NCBI GenBank assembly: GCA_037440465.1
Contig: JBBIUB010000001.1
Coordinates: forward strand, 1 to 64,000
DNA: 64,000 nt
Direction: 5' to 3'
From: Coprothermobacterota bacterium
GTDB taxonomy: Bacteria > Coprothermobacterota > HKB111
In this document: positions 9,212-19,834 of the stretch, in pieces
Position numbering within the stretch: position 1 is the stretch's first letter
Layout of the letters: each line of letters opens with the position of its first letter
Position numbers and translations under genes: made by a program
The notes under the pieces: generated by a model
Told to the model about the DNA's origin: nothing
Seen by the model: only the letters and a program-made list of their open reading frames with translations
The model's database searches: none

Positions 9212-9352
9212 GTTTAGCGGTTAGCGCACCGTCTCATAAATACTATACGTATCTTTATGTATTACGGTGCACTGTAGGGGGTTTCAGAGGGTTGTTCCCA
9301 ACCGTAATAGGGGCGATAGCTCTTGTGTAAGTGGTGTGTCTTAACTAAAACA
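9212..9352 (-). other. Candidate structured non-coding element of unknown class
   Basis: Imperfect hairpin 9223-9273; GGTTG-GGAA-CAACC tetraloop hairpin on minus strand (9290-9303); alternative 9-bp helix 9260-9268/9301-9309. Confidence 0.35.
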
Positions 9353-9397
9353 TGTCACCTTATTTATTAAAAGCAATAGTTAGCCTTGCTGAGGAGA

Positions 9398-9985
9398 TTA
9401 AAAACAGCGTTCTTTTTCCCATAAAATTAGTTCCAGTCGGTTGCTGATAAGGAGAAGAGGGTTAGGCAAGCTAATATGAGGTGTGAGTAACCACATAAGA
9501 CCTACCTCTCCCTTAAAATAATCTTCAGTACCAAAAAAACTTTGTTTAACTTCCTCAAATGGAGCCTTTTCCCCCATATCAAGAATATGAGTAAGTTTTT
9601 CTATTCTCCTAACGACATCTGGGTCGTGCCATTTAACAGTTTTTAACAAATAATTGAGAAACGAAGATAGCCATTGAATAAATAATTCACTCTTTTCATC
9701 TCTTTCCAGAAGTTCTTTGAGTAAATTAAAAATCTCCTTAGGCCGCCTTTCAAGAAAAAATTTGACCATTTCAATTGACCAAAGAGGCAATTCTTTTAAT
9801 TTTGGCTCAAGAATTTTCCAGAACTCTTCCTGCAATAAAAGGGATGGCTCATGAGCGTCATTTTCAAAGAGTTTTTGGATTATTTTTTGGACTTCAAGGG
9901 TTTCAATTGATGTAAAACACCTTAGAAACCGTATAGCAATAATTAGATTGTTTATATTCTCTTCAAACTCTTCTTGTTTAATCAT
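9398..9985 (-). CDS. Hypothetical helical protein
   Basis: 195-aa ORF with GAGGAAGG RBS directly downstream of pyrG; no recognised motif. Confidence 0.7.
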   Translation of the reverse strand: MIKQEEFEENINNLIIAIRFLRCFTSIETLEVQKIIQKLFENDAHEPSLLLQEEFWKILEPKLKELPLWSIEMVKFFLERRPKEIFNLLKELLERDEKSELFIQWLSSFLNYLLKTVKWHDPDVVRRIEKLTHILDMGEKAPFEEVKQSFFGTEDYFKGEVGLMWLLTPHISLPNPLLLISNRLELILWEKERCF

Positions 9986-10008
9986 AATATACCTTCCTCA
10001 TTGACTCT

Positions 10009-11604
10009 TTAAACCTCAAGTCCTTTCCTAAGAAAACCTTCAAAAAGAGGGTGGGGGAAGGTGGGTTTGGAAGAGAACTCAGGATGGAACTGGGTAGCTA
10101 CAAAGAAAGGATGGTTCTTAAGCTCTATTACTTCAACAAGGTTCAAGTCTTTGTTCCAACCAGAAGCTATTAGACCCTTCTTTTCAAAAGCTGGTACATA
10201 ATCATTATTTACTTCATATCTGTGACGATGTCTTTCAAAAATCACTTCTCTTCCATAAAGAGTTCTCACCAGAGAATTTTCAGTTAGATGTGCGCTAAAG
10301 TTCCCCAACCTCATTGATCCACCAGTATCTTCCATTCCTCTTTGACCAGGTACGAGAGTAATAACCTCATAAGAAGTAGAAGGGTCAAATTCAGTGCTAT
10401 GAGCACCTTTAAATCCGCAACAAGACCTGGAAAACTCTATTATTGCTAATTGCATACCAAGGCAGAGACCGAGAAAAGGTATTCCCTTTTCTCGAGCAAA
10501 AGTTATAGCATTGATTTTACCTTCTATTCCTCTCTTACCAAACCCGCCTGGAACAAGCACTCCTTTAACTCCTTCCAGAAGAGCAAGAGAGTTATGGCTC
10601 TCAAGAGTATCAGCGGATATATATCGAACTTTTAGATTCACACCAATGTTTATTGTGGCATGATAAAGAGCTTCAACTACGCTAAGATAAGCATCCTTAA
10701 CAGTTATATATTTACCAACTAAAGCTATTGTAATTTCCCCTGACCTATTTTGAGATTTTTCTACAACTTCTTTCCATCTTTTTAAATCAACTATCCTTTC
10801 TCCGTAGTTTAAACGATTCATCAATAGTTTTCCCAAACCTTTTTCCTCAAGAAGCAGAGGTGCTTCATATATACTATTGAGGTCTGGAATGTCTATGACT
10901 CCTTCTAAGGGTACATCACAAAAAAGAGAAATCTTTTCTTTATGTTCAACAGGAAGAGGACGATCAGAACGTGTGACGATGACCTCTGGTTGAATCCCAA
11001 TACTCCTGAGTTCTTTTACACTGTGTTGGGTTGGTTTGGTTTTTAGTTCTTGAGCTGCCTTAAGATAAGGTGTAAGTGTCACATGAATATTCAGGGCATT
11101 TCCTGTGCCAACCTCTCTTTTTAACTGGCGTATTGCTTCTAAAAAGGGGAGACTTTCAATATCTCCGACCGTACCCCCAACCTCAACAAGTACTATATCC
11201 GCACTATCTTTATCAGCTACCTTGAGAATTCTTTTTTTAATATCATCTGTAACATGAGGTACTACCTGTACTGTACCACCAAGGTAATCACCCTTGCGTT
11301 CTTTGTTAATTACAGATTCATAGATTGTTCCGGTAGTAACATTGTTGTGTTTATGAAGGTTAACATCCATAAAACGTTCATAATGCCCCAGGTCTAAATC
11401 CGTCTCAGCACCATCCACCGTAACGAAAACTTCACCATGTTGATAAGGATTCATGGTGCCAGCATCAACATTTATATAAGGGTCAAACTTGACTGCTGTA
11501 ACTTTAAGTTCTCTGTCTTTCAATATTCTTCCAATGGCAGCTGTAGTAATGCCTTTACCAAGAGAGGAAGTTACGCCACCTGTTATAAAGATAAACTTTG
11601 CCAT
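10009..11604 (-). CDS. pyrG: CTP synthase
   Basis: GGVTSSLGKG, DPYINVDAGTMNPYQHGE, GLCLGMQ, QFHPE. Confidence 0.98.
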   Translation of the reverse strand: MAKFIFITGGVTSSLGKGITTAAIGRILKDRELKVTAVKFDPYINVDAGTMNPYQHGEVFVTVDGAETDLDLGHYERFMDVNLHKHNNVTTGTIYESVINKERKGDYLGGTVQVVPHVTDDIKKRILKVADKDSADIVLVEVGGTVGDIESLPFLEAIRQLKREVGTGNALNIHVTLTPYLKAAQELKTKPTQHSVKELRSIGIQPEVIVTRSDRPLPVEHKEKISLFCDVPLEGVIDIPDLNSIYEAPLLLEEKGLGKLLMNRLNYGERIVDLKRWKEVVEKSQNRSGEITIALVGKYITVKDAYLSVVEALYHATINIGVNLKVRYISADTLESHNSLALLEGVKGVLVPGGFGKRGIEGKINAITFAREKGIPFLGLCLGMQLAIIEFSRSCCGFKGAHSTEFDPSTSYEVITLVPGQRGMEDTGGSMRLGNFSAHLTENSLVRTLYGREVIFERHRHRYEVNNDYVPAFEKKGLIASGWNKDLNLVEVIELKNHPFFVATQFHPEFSSKPTFPHPLFEGFLRKGLEV

Positions 11605-11605
11605 T

Positions 11606-13264
11606 TCACATCTCCTCAGGTTTACTTATTCCCATTAAAGATAACAGTAACTCAAGAGCCTTTCTAATAGCAAGCACTAGTAGTAGCCTTGCTTGTTCTA
11701 ATTCTTCTTCTTCATCCAGAACCCTATTTTTATGATAAAACTCATGAAAGGCTTCCGAAAGCTTTCTGGAAATATGAGTTAATTTATGAGGACTCCTTCT
11801 TATAGCTGATAGGATAAGCTCTTCTTTAAGTAACGAAAGATGTCTTAATACCCTTTGCTCATAAATTGACGTTAAAAGATTAAGGTTAGTATCTTCAACA
11901 TTTCTCAATACAACACCTTTGATTTGTGCCTGCTTTAAAACGCTTCCAGCCCTAACATAAGCATATTGAACATAATATACAGGATTAGCCATGGACTCCT
12001 TCAAAGCCAGGTCTAAATCAAAGTCCAGATGACTGCTCTGGCTTCTAATGAGATATAGATACCTGGCTACATCTGGACCTACTTCATCAATAAGTTCTCT
12101 CAAAGTAACGAATTCACCTGTTCTTTTTGACATTGAAATTTCTTTACCACCAGAAATAAGTCGTACAAACTGGACAAGAATGATCTCCAATCTATCAGGG
12201 TCAATACCTAAAGCTTGTAGAGAGTTCTTCATCCTCAAAACATGAGAATGATGGTCAGCACCCCATACATCTATAACCAGGTCAAAACCCCTGAGCACAA
12301 ACTTATCATAGTGATAAGTAATATCGGAGGCAAAATATGTTGGAGAACCATCTGATTTTATCAGTACCCTATCCTTATCGTCACCTAGAGTTGAGGATTT
12401 AAACCAGATGGCACCCCCATCTCTTTCTAAATAATCTTCTTTTTCCAAAATAGACAAGACCTTACTTGTTAATTGAGTCTTATATAAAGTTGATTCATAA
12501 AAGAACTTATCAAACTCCACATTCATCTTTGAAAGTACTTCTTTATGATCTGAAAGAAGGCTTTCAACGCTTTGATTGGTAAAATACTCAATCCTTTCTT
12601 CCAATGTTAACTCTTTTAGATATGAGGGGTTTTCTTCCAGGAGTTTCTTAGCTATATCAATTACATAATTTCCTCGGTAACCGTCTGAAGGGAAAACTAC
12701 TTCCTCTCCAAGCAGTTCACGGTATCGAGCATCAATAGAGATAGCAAAACGAGTAACCTGGCCACCCTTATTATTTACATAAAATTCTTTTTGAACCTTA
12801 TATCCTATATACTCCAAAAGTCTAACCAGAACGTCTCCTACAACTGCACCTCTTCCGTGAGCTACAGTTAAAGGACCTGTAGGATTAGCGGATACAAACT
12901 CAACCTGGGCTTTTTTACCTACAAACAGGTCCACTCTTAGAAGATAATCATCCTGAATTATTTTTCTAAGAATATTTATATACCACTCTTTTTTTAAAAA
13001 GAAATTGATAAATCCAGAATCAGTTACATCTATAGCAGCAATATATTGTGAACAAGAGAAAGTAAGTATTAAGTTTTTTATCCTCTCCCCAATTTCTTTA
13101 GGAGAAATCCTTAATTTAGATGATAGCTTAGAAGGTATTGAACTGGAATAATCTCCATGCTCTTCCCTAAGAGGAACTTCTATCTCTACTTCAGAGAAAG
13201 TGAGAGAAAGATCATATATGATTTTTACAGCCTCTTGCAAGGCCCTTTCAAGTTCTGAACGCAT
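11606..13264 (-). CDS. argS: Arginine--tRNA ligase
   Basis: EFVSANPTGP, WGADH, MSKRTGE, NPVYYVQYA. Confidence 0.97.
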   Translation of the reverse strand: MRSELERALQEAVKIIYDLSLTFSEVEIEVPLREEHGDYSSSIPSKLSSKLRISPKEIGERIKNLILTFSCSQYIAAIDVTDSGFINFFLKKEWYINILRKIIQDDYLLRVDLFVGKKAQVEFVSANPTGPLTVAHGRGAVVGDVLVRLLEYIGYKVQKEFYVNNKGGQVTRFAISIDARYRELLGEEVVFPSDGYRGNYVIDIAKKLLEENPSYLKELTLEERIEYFTNQSVESLLSDHKEVLSKMNVEFDKFFYESTLYKTQLTSKVLSILEKEDYLERDGGAIWFKSSTLGDDKDRVLIKSDGSPTYFASDITYHYDKFVLRGFDLVIDVWGADHHSHVLRMKNSLQALGIDPDRLEIILVQFVRLISGGKEISMSKRTGEFVTLRELIDEVGPDVARYLYLIRSQSSHLDFDLDLALKESMANPVYYVQYAYVRAGSVLKQAQIKGVVLRNVEDTNLNLLTSIYEQRVLRHLSLLKEELILSAIRRSPHKLTHISRKLSEAFHEFYHKNRVLDEEEELEQARLLLVLAIRKALELLLSLMGISKPEEM

Positions 13265-13267
13265 ATT

Positions 13268-13960
13268 TTAGCCTTTTAATGATTTAAATATATGTTCGAG
13301 AAAAGCTTCTTCAGTAACAGCCCCTTCTATTTCTTCTTTATCGTTAATAATCGTTTTTGGTACTCCATAAACACCATACTTATCAGCTAAGTAAGGAAAC
13401 TCTGTAGCTTCTATAACAATACTCTCTATATAGGGAGATTCCATGGCAAATTGATAAGCAAGTGATACCATCTTAGTACAATACGGGCATGTCGGTGTTA
13501 CGAAAACTTGAATAGAAATCGGTGTTTTTAGTCCCTGAATTTCTGATAATCCCTTCAGTTTATTACGGCTTGTTTCTTTTAATTTGGTTTTATTTTGAGA
13601 AATCATAATTATGATTTCTAATAAAACCTGAAACTCATAACCTGCAGGTATACCGAAAAATTTTATTCTTTTATTTTTTTCTCCATTTATGATTGTAGCA
13701 GGAATTTTATCAATGTCGTATGTTTTAGCAAGCTCTTCATTTCCTATTAAATCATAAACATATAACTCTATTAGGCCAGAAAGAGAGCTTAATTCATTTA
13801 GTATTGCCTCTGTTTCCCGGCAGTACATACATTGGGGCCTACCAGGAATTACCAGTTCTGAAGCTCCCTGGGTAAAATAGATAAGTTTAACTTGATCCTT
13901 CATTTCTTTTTCAAGTAAATTACTGAGTTGTTTTTTATCATTTTCAGAAAGAAGCTCCAT
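13268..13960 (-). CDS. Protein disulfide oxidoreductase (two thioredoxin folds)
   Basis: CMYC and CPYC motifs, GIPAGYEF, VYGVP. Confidence 0.9.
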   Translation of the reverse strand: MELLSENDKKQLSNLLEKEMKDQVKLIYFTQGASELVIPGRPQCMYCRETEAILNELSSLSGLIELYVYDLIGNEELAKTYDIDKIPATIINGEKNKRIKFFGIPAGYEFQVLLEIIIMISQNKTKLKETSRNKLKGLSEIQGLKTPISIQVFVTPTCPYCTKMVSLAYQFAMESPYIESIVIEATEFPYLADKYGVYGVPKTIINDKEEIEGAVTEEAFLEHIFKSLKG

Positions 13961-13970
13961 TCATACCTCC

Positions 13971-14261
13971 CTAAACAATTTCACCATATGGTGAATGCTG
14001 CTTCTCCTTTGATACTGGTATGACACCAAAAGAAGTCTCATACTTTCTCACATTATCTTCAAGGGCATGAAGAAAAGCCTTGGCATGAGACGGGCTCATA
14101 ATAACTCTGGTAAATACATTTATCTCTACTTCTTCAGGTACTCCAATCCCAAAATCCATAAAAAAATCAAAAGGTGTATGAGCTACCCGAACAAAGTTAG
14201 AATATTTTCCTTCTTTTAATTCTTGATTTATTCGTATTGTTGGACTTTTTACTTTCTCCAC
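13971..14261 (-). CDS. Small conserved protein, DUF3467-like
   Basis: GKYSN..HTPFDFFMDF..RVIMSPSHAK..L.DNVRKYE..FG.I pattern; GTG start after AGGAGG. Confidence 0.75.
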   Translation of the reverse strand: MEKVKSPTIRINQELKEGKYSNFVRVAHTPFDFFMDFGIGVPEEVEINVFTRVIMSPSHAKAFLHALEDNVRKYETSFGVIPVSKEKQHSPYGEIV

Positions 14262-14375
14262 AGAAAAATATAATCCTCCTTTGTTATTAATATGCTAACA
14301 TTTATGTATATTACCACAAATAGAAGGGTATATGTAATAAGAATATTGGAAGATACCCGGAGGAAAAAGCTAATA

Positions 14376-14903
14376 ATGAAAGAAAAAAAAGAAGAAAAAG
14401 ATAGTAAAAAAAGTAAATTTACCTTACTGGAAGAGGAAATTGAGTCACTGAAAGAAGAGCTGGAATCTTTAAAAGCACATATGGACAAACAAAAGAATGA
14501 ATACCAGCATGCTTCCCAAGTTCTTCAAAGAGAGCTGGCAAAACAGAGATACCTTGCCACAGAAGAGATTATACGAGATTTAATACCTGTGTTAGATTCC
14601 TTAGAAGAAGCATTTAAATTAGATCAGGTTGATAATCAATCAATAAAAGAAGGTATGACTATGGTTTTAAAGAACATAGTTTCAATTGTGGAAAGACATG
14701 GCATAAATACTTTTGGCAAACAAGGAGAAATGTTTTCTCCAAATGAACATGAAATATTTTCAAAAGAAGTAAATATAGATTATTCACCCGATACTATCCT
14801 TAGAGTTCTTAGAAAGGGGTATCGTTTAGGAAATACTGTAATTAGACCAGCTCTGGTAATTCTATCAGCAGAACCAAAGCTTGAAGAAAAAAAGGAGGAT
14901 TAA
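14376..14903 (+). CDS. grpE: Nucleotide exchange factor GrpE
   Basis: LIPVLDSLE, F.PNEHE, KGYRL..VIRPA.V; upstream of dnaK; start moved to ATG 14376 after GGAGG. Confidence 0.9.
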   Translation: MKEKKEEKDSKKSKFTLLEEEIESLKEELESLKAHMDKQKNEYQHASQVLQRELAKQRYLATEEIIRDLIPVLDSLEEAFKLDQVDNQSIKEGMTMVLKNIVSIVERHGINTFGKQGEMFSPNEHEIFSKEVNIDYSPDTILRVLRKGYRLGNTVIRPALVILSAEPKLEEKKED

Positions 14904-14906
14904 AAA

Positions 14907-16730
14907 ATGGGAAAAATAATTGGTATTGATTTAGGAACTTCCAATTCCTGTGCTGCTGTAATGTTAGGTGGAAAACCCACAATCATCCCTAGTGCAGAAG
15001 GTACTACTCTATACGGTAAAACAGTTCCATCTATAGTTTCTATAACTAAAGATGGCCAACTTTTGGTTGGAGAAGCTGCGAGAAGACAATCTGCTCTTAA
15101 CCCCGATAATACTGTTCTGGCAATTAAGAGAAAAATGGGGTTAAGGGAGATAATAAATATGGGAGGAAAGGAATATACTCCTGAACAAATATCTGCGTTT
15201 ATTTTACAAAAAATAAAAAGAGAAGCAGAAGTGTTTTTAGGAGAACCCGTTTTAAAAGCGGTTATAACCGTACCTGCTTACTTTAATGACACTCAAAGAC
15301 AAGCCACTAAAGATGCAGGTACAATAGCAGGTCTTGAAGTATTAAGGCTTATTAACGAACCAACTGCTGCAGCTTTTGCTTATGGAATAGATAGAGCAGA
15401 AAAAAAGCTTAAAATCATGGTTTATGATTTTGGGGGAGGAACATTAGACGTTACTATCATGGATTTTGGTGGAGGTGTATTCCAGGTTGTTTCAACTTCT
15501 GGAGACACAAAACTTGGTGGAAGTGATATGGATAACATTCTTTTAGAATATGTTTCAACTGAGTTTAAAAAAGAAACAGGTATGGATGTAACCGGTGACA
15601 GTATGGCATTAATAAGACTTAGAGAGGCTGTTGAGAAAGCCAAAATCGAATTATCTGCTACAATATCCACAGATATATCACTACCATTTCTCACGCAGGA
15701 TAATCAAGGCAAACCCCTTCATTTCCAGACATCTCTCACCAGAACAAAATTAGAGCAGTTGGTAAGACCCATTATTGAAAAAACGAGGAATTCTTTAGAA
15801 AAAGCTTTAAATGATGCTAACCTTTTACCAAGAGACATAGACAAAATTATTCTTGTTGGGGGACCCACAAGAATGCCTGCTATTCAAAAATTCCTTGAAG
15901 AGTATATGGGAAAACCACCTGAAAGAGGCGTTGATCCAATGGAGGCGGTGGCATTAGGAGCTGCTGTCCAGGGAGGCATCCTTGAGGGCACGGTAAAGGA
16001 TATAGTTCTAGTAGATGTTACTCCTCTTTCATTAGGGATAGAAACATTAGGCAATATAATGACTGTGCTAATTTCCAGAAATAGTCCCATTCCGATTAGT
16101 AAGAGTGAAATATTTACTACAGCTGCAGATATGCAGACAGCTGTAGATGTGCACGTTATTCAGGGTGAAAGACCACTTGCTCGAGATAATCTATCTTTAG
16201 GGAAATTCATACTTGATGGAATCCCCCCGGCACCAAGAGGAATTCCTCAGATTGAAGTTACTTTTTCTATTGATGCAAATGGAATATTAAATGTTTCAGC
16301 AAAAGATAAAGCAACTCAAAAGGAGCAACATATAACAATATCTCAAGCTACAAAATTAAAAGAAGAAGAGATAAACCGTTTAAAAGAAGAAGCAGAAAAG
16401 TTTGCTGATGAGGATAAAAAACATAAAGAGGAAATCGAAACAAGAAATTACGCTGATCAAGTAATATACAATTCCCGAAAAACTCTTAAGGAGAATGCGG
16501 AAAAAATCCCTTCTCATCTTTCTGAAGAAGCTAACGTAAAAATCGATGAACTTGAAAAAGCATTGAAAGAAAACGCTCCTATTGAAGAACTTAAGAATCG
16601 TATGGACGCATTAATTCAATTACTCAGTAAGATTGGTGAAGAGCTATATAAGCAAGAGCCTCAAACCCCCCCACCACATCCAGAAGAAGGCGGAACTGAT
16701 ACTGTAGAGGGAGAAGGAAAGGTTGTATAA
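14907..16730 (+). CDS. dnaK: Chaperone DnaK (Hsp70)
   Basis: [46 protein letters not shown]. Confidence 0.98.
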   Translation: MGKIIGIDLGTSNSCAAVMLGGKPTIIPSAEGTTLYGKTVPSIVSITKDGQLLVGEAARRQSALNPDNTVLAIKRKMGLREIINMGGKEYTPEQISAFILQKIKREAEVFLGEPVLKAVITVPAYFNDTQRQATKDAGTIAGLEVLRLINEPTAAAFAYGIDRAEKKLKIMVYDFGGGTLDVTIMDFGGGVFQVVSTSGDTKLGGSDMDNILLEYVSTEFKKETGMDVTGDSMALIRLREAVEKAKIELSATISTDISLPFLTQDNQGKPLHFQTSLTRTKLEQLVRPIIEKTRNSLEKALNDANLLPRDIDKIILVGGPTRMPAIQKFLEEYMGKPPERGVDPMEAVALGAAVQGGILEGTVKDIVLVDVTPLSLGIETLGNIMTVLISRNSPIPISKSEIFTTAADMQTAVDVHVIQGERPLARDNLSLGKFILDGIPPAPRGIPQIEVTFSIDANGILNVSAKDKATQKEQHITISQATKLKEEEINRLKEEAEKFADEDKKHKEEIETRNYADQVIYNSRKTLKENAEKIPSHLSEEANVKIDELEKALKENAPIEELKNRMDALIQLLSKIGEELYKQEPQTPPPHPEEGGTDTVEGEGKVV

Positions 16731-16733
16731 AAG

Positions 16734-17837
16734 TTGAAGGATTACTATGCCATTCTGGGCTTATCTCCTGACTCAAACGAAGAAACTATAAAAAACAGAT
16801 ATCGTGAACTTGTAAAACAGTATCATCCTGATATCAACAAAAATAATCCAGAAGCCTCTAAAAAGATGTCAGAGGTAAATGAAGCTTACGATACGCTATC
16901 AGACCCTGAAAAGCGTCAACGTTATGACATCTTAAGAAAAGGAGGTGTACCAGGTTCAGATTTTGGTACATCAGACTTCAGTGGATTTGATTTTAGTGAA
17001 GGCTTTGGAGGTTTATTTGAAGACTTTTTCGATATCTTTAGAGGAGGAAAAAGTTCAGCTAAAGCAGGAACTGCTTATCAACGTGGTGCTGATATTGAAC
17101 TACAAATTGAAGTCTCATTGAAAGAAGTCCTTACAAGCGTAAAAAAACAGATAACACTGGAAAGATTGGAAACTTGTGAAACATGTAAAGGAAAGGGAAC
17201 AAAGGCTGGAACAGAGAAAACAACCTGTCCCAAATGTAAAGGAACAGGATATTCTAAAAGTGAAACCCATACACCTTTTGGAGTAATGGTCAGGACAACT
17301 ACCTGTTCAAACTGTGGGGGAGAAGGAAATATTATTAAGAACCCCTGCACAAATTGTAATGGAAGTGGAACAACCTACAAAAAAAGGCAGGTTTCTATAG
17401 ATATACCTGCTGGTATAGAAGATGGGATGAGAATAAAACTGGGTGGAGAAGGACATCAGGGGAAATTTGGAGGACAAAGGGGAGACCTATTTATTCGGGT
17501 AAAAGTTAATAAAGAACCAGGTATCCTACGGCAGGGTAAAAACCTTTTTTACCAATTGAAGATTCCTTATTATACTGCCATAATAGGCGGTCAGATAGAT
17601 GTCCCCACTCTTGATGGCATTAAACAGCTATCCATTCATAAAGGTACTCAACACCAGGAGACCTACTCTTTGAAAGGGTTAGGTCTACCCGGTGTAAATG
17701 ACCGACAAAGGGGAGATTTTATGGTTGTAATAGGAATTGAAATCCCCAGAAATATTAGTCAGGAAGAAGAAAAACTTCTCAGGGAAATATCTCAGAACAT
17801 CGGACAATCAAAAAAAGGACCCTGGTGGAGAGTGTAA
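16734..17837 (+). CDS. dnaJ: Chaperone DnaJ
   Basis: J domain with HPD, G/F-rich region, four CxxCxGxG repeats. Confidence 0.97.
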   Translation: MKDYYAILGLSPDSNEETIKNRYRELVKQYHPDINKNNPEASKKMSEVNEAYDTLSDPEKRQRYDILRKGGVPGSDFGTSDFSGFDFSEGFGGLFEDFFDIFRGGKSSAKAGTAYQRGADIELQIEVSLKEVLTSVKKQITLERLETCETCKGKGTKAGTEKTTCPKCKGTGYSKSETHTPFGVMVRTTTCSNCGGEGNIIKNPCTNCNGSGTTYKKRQVSIDIPAGIEDGMRIKLGGEGHQGKFGGQRGDLFIRVKVNKEPGILRQGKNLFYQLKIPYYTAIIGGQIDVPTLDGIKQLSIHKGTQHQETYSLKGLGLPGVNDRQRGDFMVVIGIEIPRNISQEEEKLLREISQNIGQSKKGPWWRV

Positions 17838-17844
17838 GAACTTC

Positions 17845-18468
17845 TCATTTTTCTACGATAACATCAATGCTGTCTCCCGGAAGCCTTCTTATCCTCCTCT
17901 TCTCTGCATGTAATATACTTGAAATGATTGAAACTACTTTTTCAATTTCATCATTAACAACCCAGTAGCCAAAATTGGTAAAACTCTTCATTTCTTCTTT
18001 AACTTGCTTAAACCTGTAATTTATTGTTTCTATATTCTCAGTGCCTCTTTTAAGAAGGCGATTTCTTAGTTCTTCCCAGGAAGGTGGTAAAAGGAAAATT
18101 GTAACACTGTCCTTTAATTTATCCTTAATCTGACGAGCCCCTTCCATATCTATATCCAGAAGAACATCATAACCTTTTTTTAGAGTCTGCTCTATAAAAA
18201 AGCTGGGGGTACCATAATAATTACCATAAACACAGGCCCATTCAAGGAATTCACCTTTTTTAATTTTATCTTTGAATTCTTCTTCATTAACAAAGAAATA
18301 GTCAACACCATCTTCTTCTCCTTGTCTGGGAGTCCTGGTCGTAACAGATATGGAAAAAACAAGATTCTCTTCTTTGCTTAATAAAGCCTTCGAAATTGTA
18401 CCTTTCCCTACCCCGGATGGCCCTGAAATAACTAAAACTATAGATGGAAGATTAAAATCAATGTTCAT
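17845..18468 (-). CDS. gmk: Guanylate kinase
   Basis: SGPSGVGKGT, TTRTPRQGEEDGVDYFF, YGNYYGT. Confidence 0.97.
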   Translation of the reverse strand: MNIDFNLPSIVLVISGPSGVGKGTISKALLSKEENLVFSISVTTRTPRQGEEDGVDYFFVNEEEFKDKIKKGEFLEWACVYGNYYGTPSFFIEQTLKKGYDVLLDIDMEGARQIKDKLKDSVTIFLLPPSWEELRNRLLKRGTENIETINYRFKQVKEEMKSFTNFGYWVVNDEIEKVVSIISSILHAEKRRIRRLPGDSIDVIVEK

Positions 18469-18559
18469 GCACTATACTACTGATATAAAACCTATGGTTT
18501 TTACTATATCAATTAACCATAAATAATTTAAATTTATCATAATCTTTTCCATAAGTTAT

Positions 18560-19834
18560 TTAATCTAATACTCTTATAAGATGGTAATCTTTAGGTCCTT
18601 TTCGAAGGATAAAGTATTTTCCACCTAAACTTTCTTTTAAGGATATTATATAGCGTTCGTCTTCTATCCTTCTATTGTTAAGGTACAACCCCCGACTTTT
18701 AATCAATCTCTTAGCTTCTCCTCTGGAAGAAGTAATATTACATTCTGAAGCTAAATCCACAATAGTTAATGTTCCATCAATGAGTTTGTTTTTGTTAAGG
18801 TCAGTGGATGGAACATCACTAAAAATATCTAAAACATCCCGGGAATCAAGATCAGTTATTTCCTCACCAAACAGAATATTTGTTGCTTTTTCAGCTTTTC
18901 TTAAGCCATCATCACCATGAACAAGCTTAGTTACTTCTCTGGCGAGTCTCCTTTGAGCTTCACGTTTATCGGGATTAGAAGTTAAGGTAAACTGTAATTC
19001 TTTTATATCATCTTTTGGCAGCCAGGTAAAGAATTTAAGATAGGAAATTACATCCATATCATCAGTATTAAACCAGAACTGATAAAATCTGAAAGGTGAT
19101 GTACGATCTGGAGAAAGCCAAACTGTACCTGCTTCGGTTTTACCAAATTTTGTTCCTGATGATGTAGTTATAAGAGGAAAAACAAGCCCATGAACTTTTA
19201 TACCTTTTTGACGTTTAATAAAATCAATACCAGCTGTAATATTACCCCATTGATCACTTCCTCCCATCTGGAGAAGGCAATTATACCTGTTAAAAAGCAT
19301 GAGATAATCATAAGCTTGAGTAAGCATATATGTAAACTCTGCGAAGGAGATTCCTTCTTCCTGTACTAACCTGCGCTTTACAGATTCCTTATCAAGCATG
19401 TAATTAATAGTAAAATATTTACCAACTTTTCGAAGAAAGTCAGATAGAGTTATTGAAGTCAACCAATCAGCGTTATTAATCAATATGGCTGGATTCTTCT
19501 TTATTTTAAAATCCAGAAAATATGTCAACTGCTTTTTTATGCTTTCTACATTTGCGCTGACTATTTCTTCTGATAAAAGAGGACGTTCATCACTTTTCCC
19601 ACTGGGGTCACCTATAAGACCAGTACCTCCACCCACCACTACAATAGGAGTATGGCCATAATGTTGAAGATGGGTTAATGCCATAATGGGAAGAAGGTTA
19701 CCAATGTGGAGACTGGAAGAAGAAGGATCAAAACCTATATAAGCAGAAATCTTATTCTTAGAAAGCAACTCTTTAATGCCTTCTGTGCAAGTATGAATCA
19801 TACCTCTCCATTCGAATTCATTATAAACGGTCAA
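18560..19834 (-). CDS. tyrS: Tyrosine--tRNA ligase
   Basis: YIGFDP, HIGN, QMGGSDQWGNI, KFGKT, C-terminal S4 domain. Confidence 0.97.
   Translation of the reverse strand: MTVYNEFEWRGMIHTCTEGIKELLSKNKISAYIGFDPSSSSLHIGNLLPIMALTHLQHYGHTPIVVVGGGTGLIGDPSGKSDERPLLSEEIVSANVESIKKQLTYFLDFKIKKNPAILINNADWLTSITLSDFLRKVGKYFTINYMLDKESVKRRLVQEEGISFAEFTYMLTQAYDYLMLFNRYNCLLQMGGSDQWGNITAGIDFIKRQKGIKVHGLVFPLITTSSGTKFGKTEAGTVWLSPDRTSPFRFYQFWFNTDDMDVISYLKFFTWLPKDDIKELQFTLTSNPDKREAQRRLAREVTKLVHGDDGLRKAEKATNILFGEEITDLDSRDVLDIFSDVPSTDLNKNKLIDGTLTIVDLASECNITSSRGEAKRLIKSRGLYLNNRRIEDERYIISLKESLGGKYFILRKGPKDYHLIRVLD

Noticed and set aside
9151..9230. c-di-AMP (ydaO) riboswitch, suggested by GGTGAATCC and GAACCC next to ktr genes
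   Set aside because: It lies downstream of ktrA, not in a leader, and lacks the GCTGAA, GGGGGA and CAGCTAAC elements in the right order
12850..12900. ArgS HIGH motif reads TVAH
   Set aside because: HIGH variants are common in ArgRS and the rest of the protein is intact
14262..14375. CIRCE operator upstream of grpE
   Set aside because: Only a partial TGCTAA half-site; no matching TTAGCACTC at 9-nt spacing
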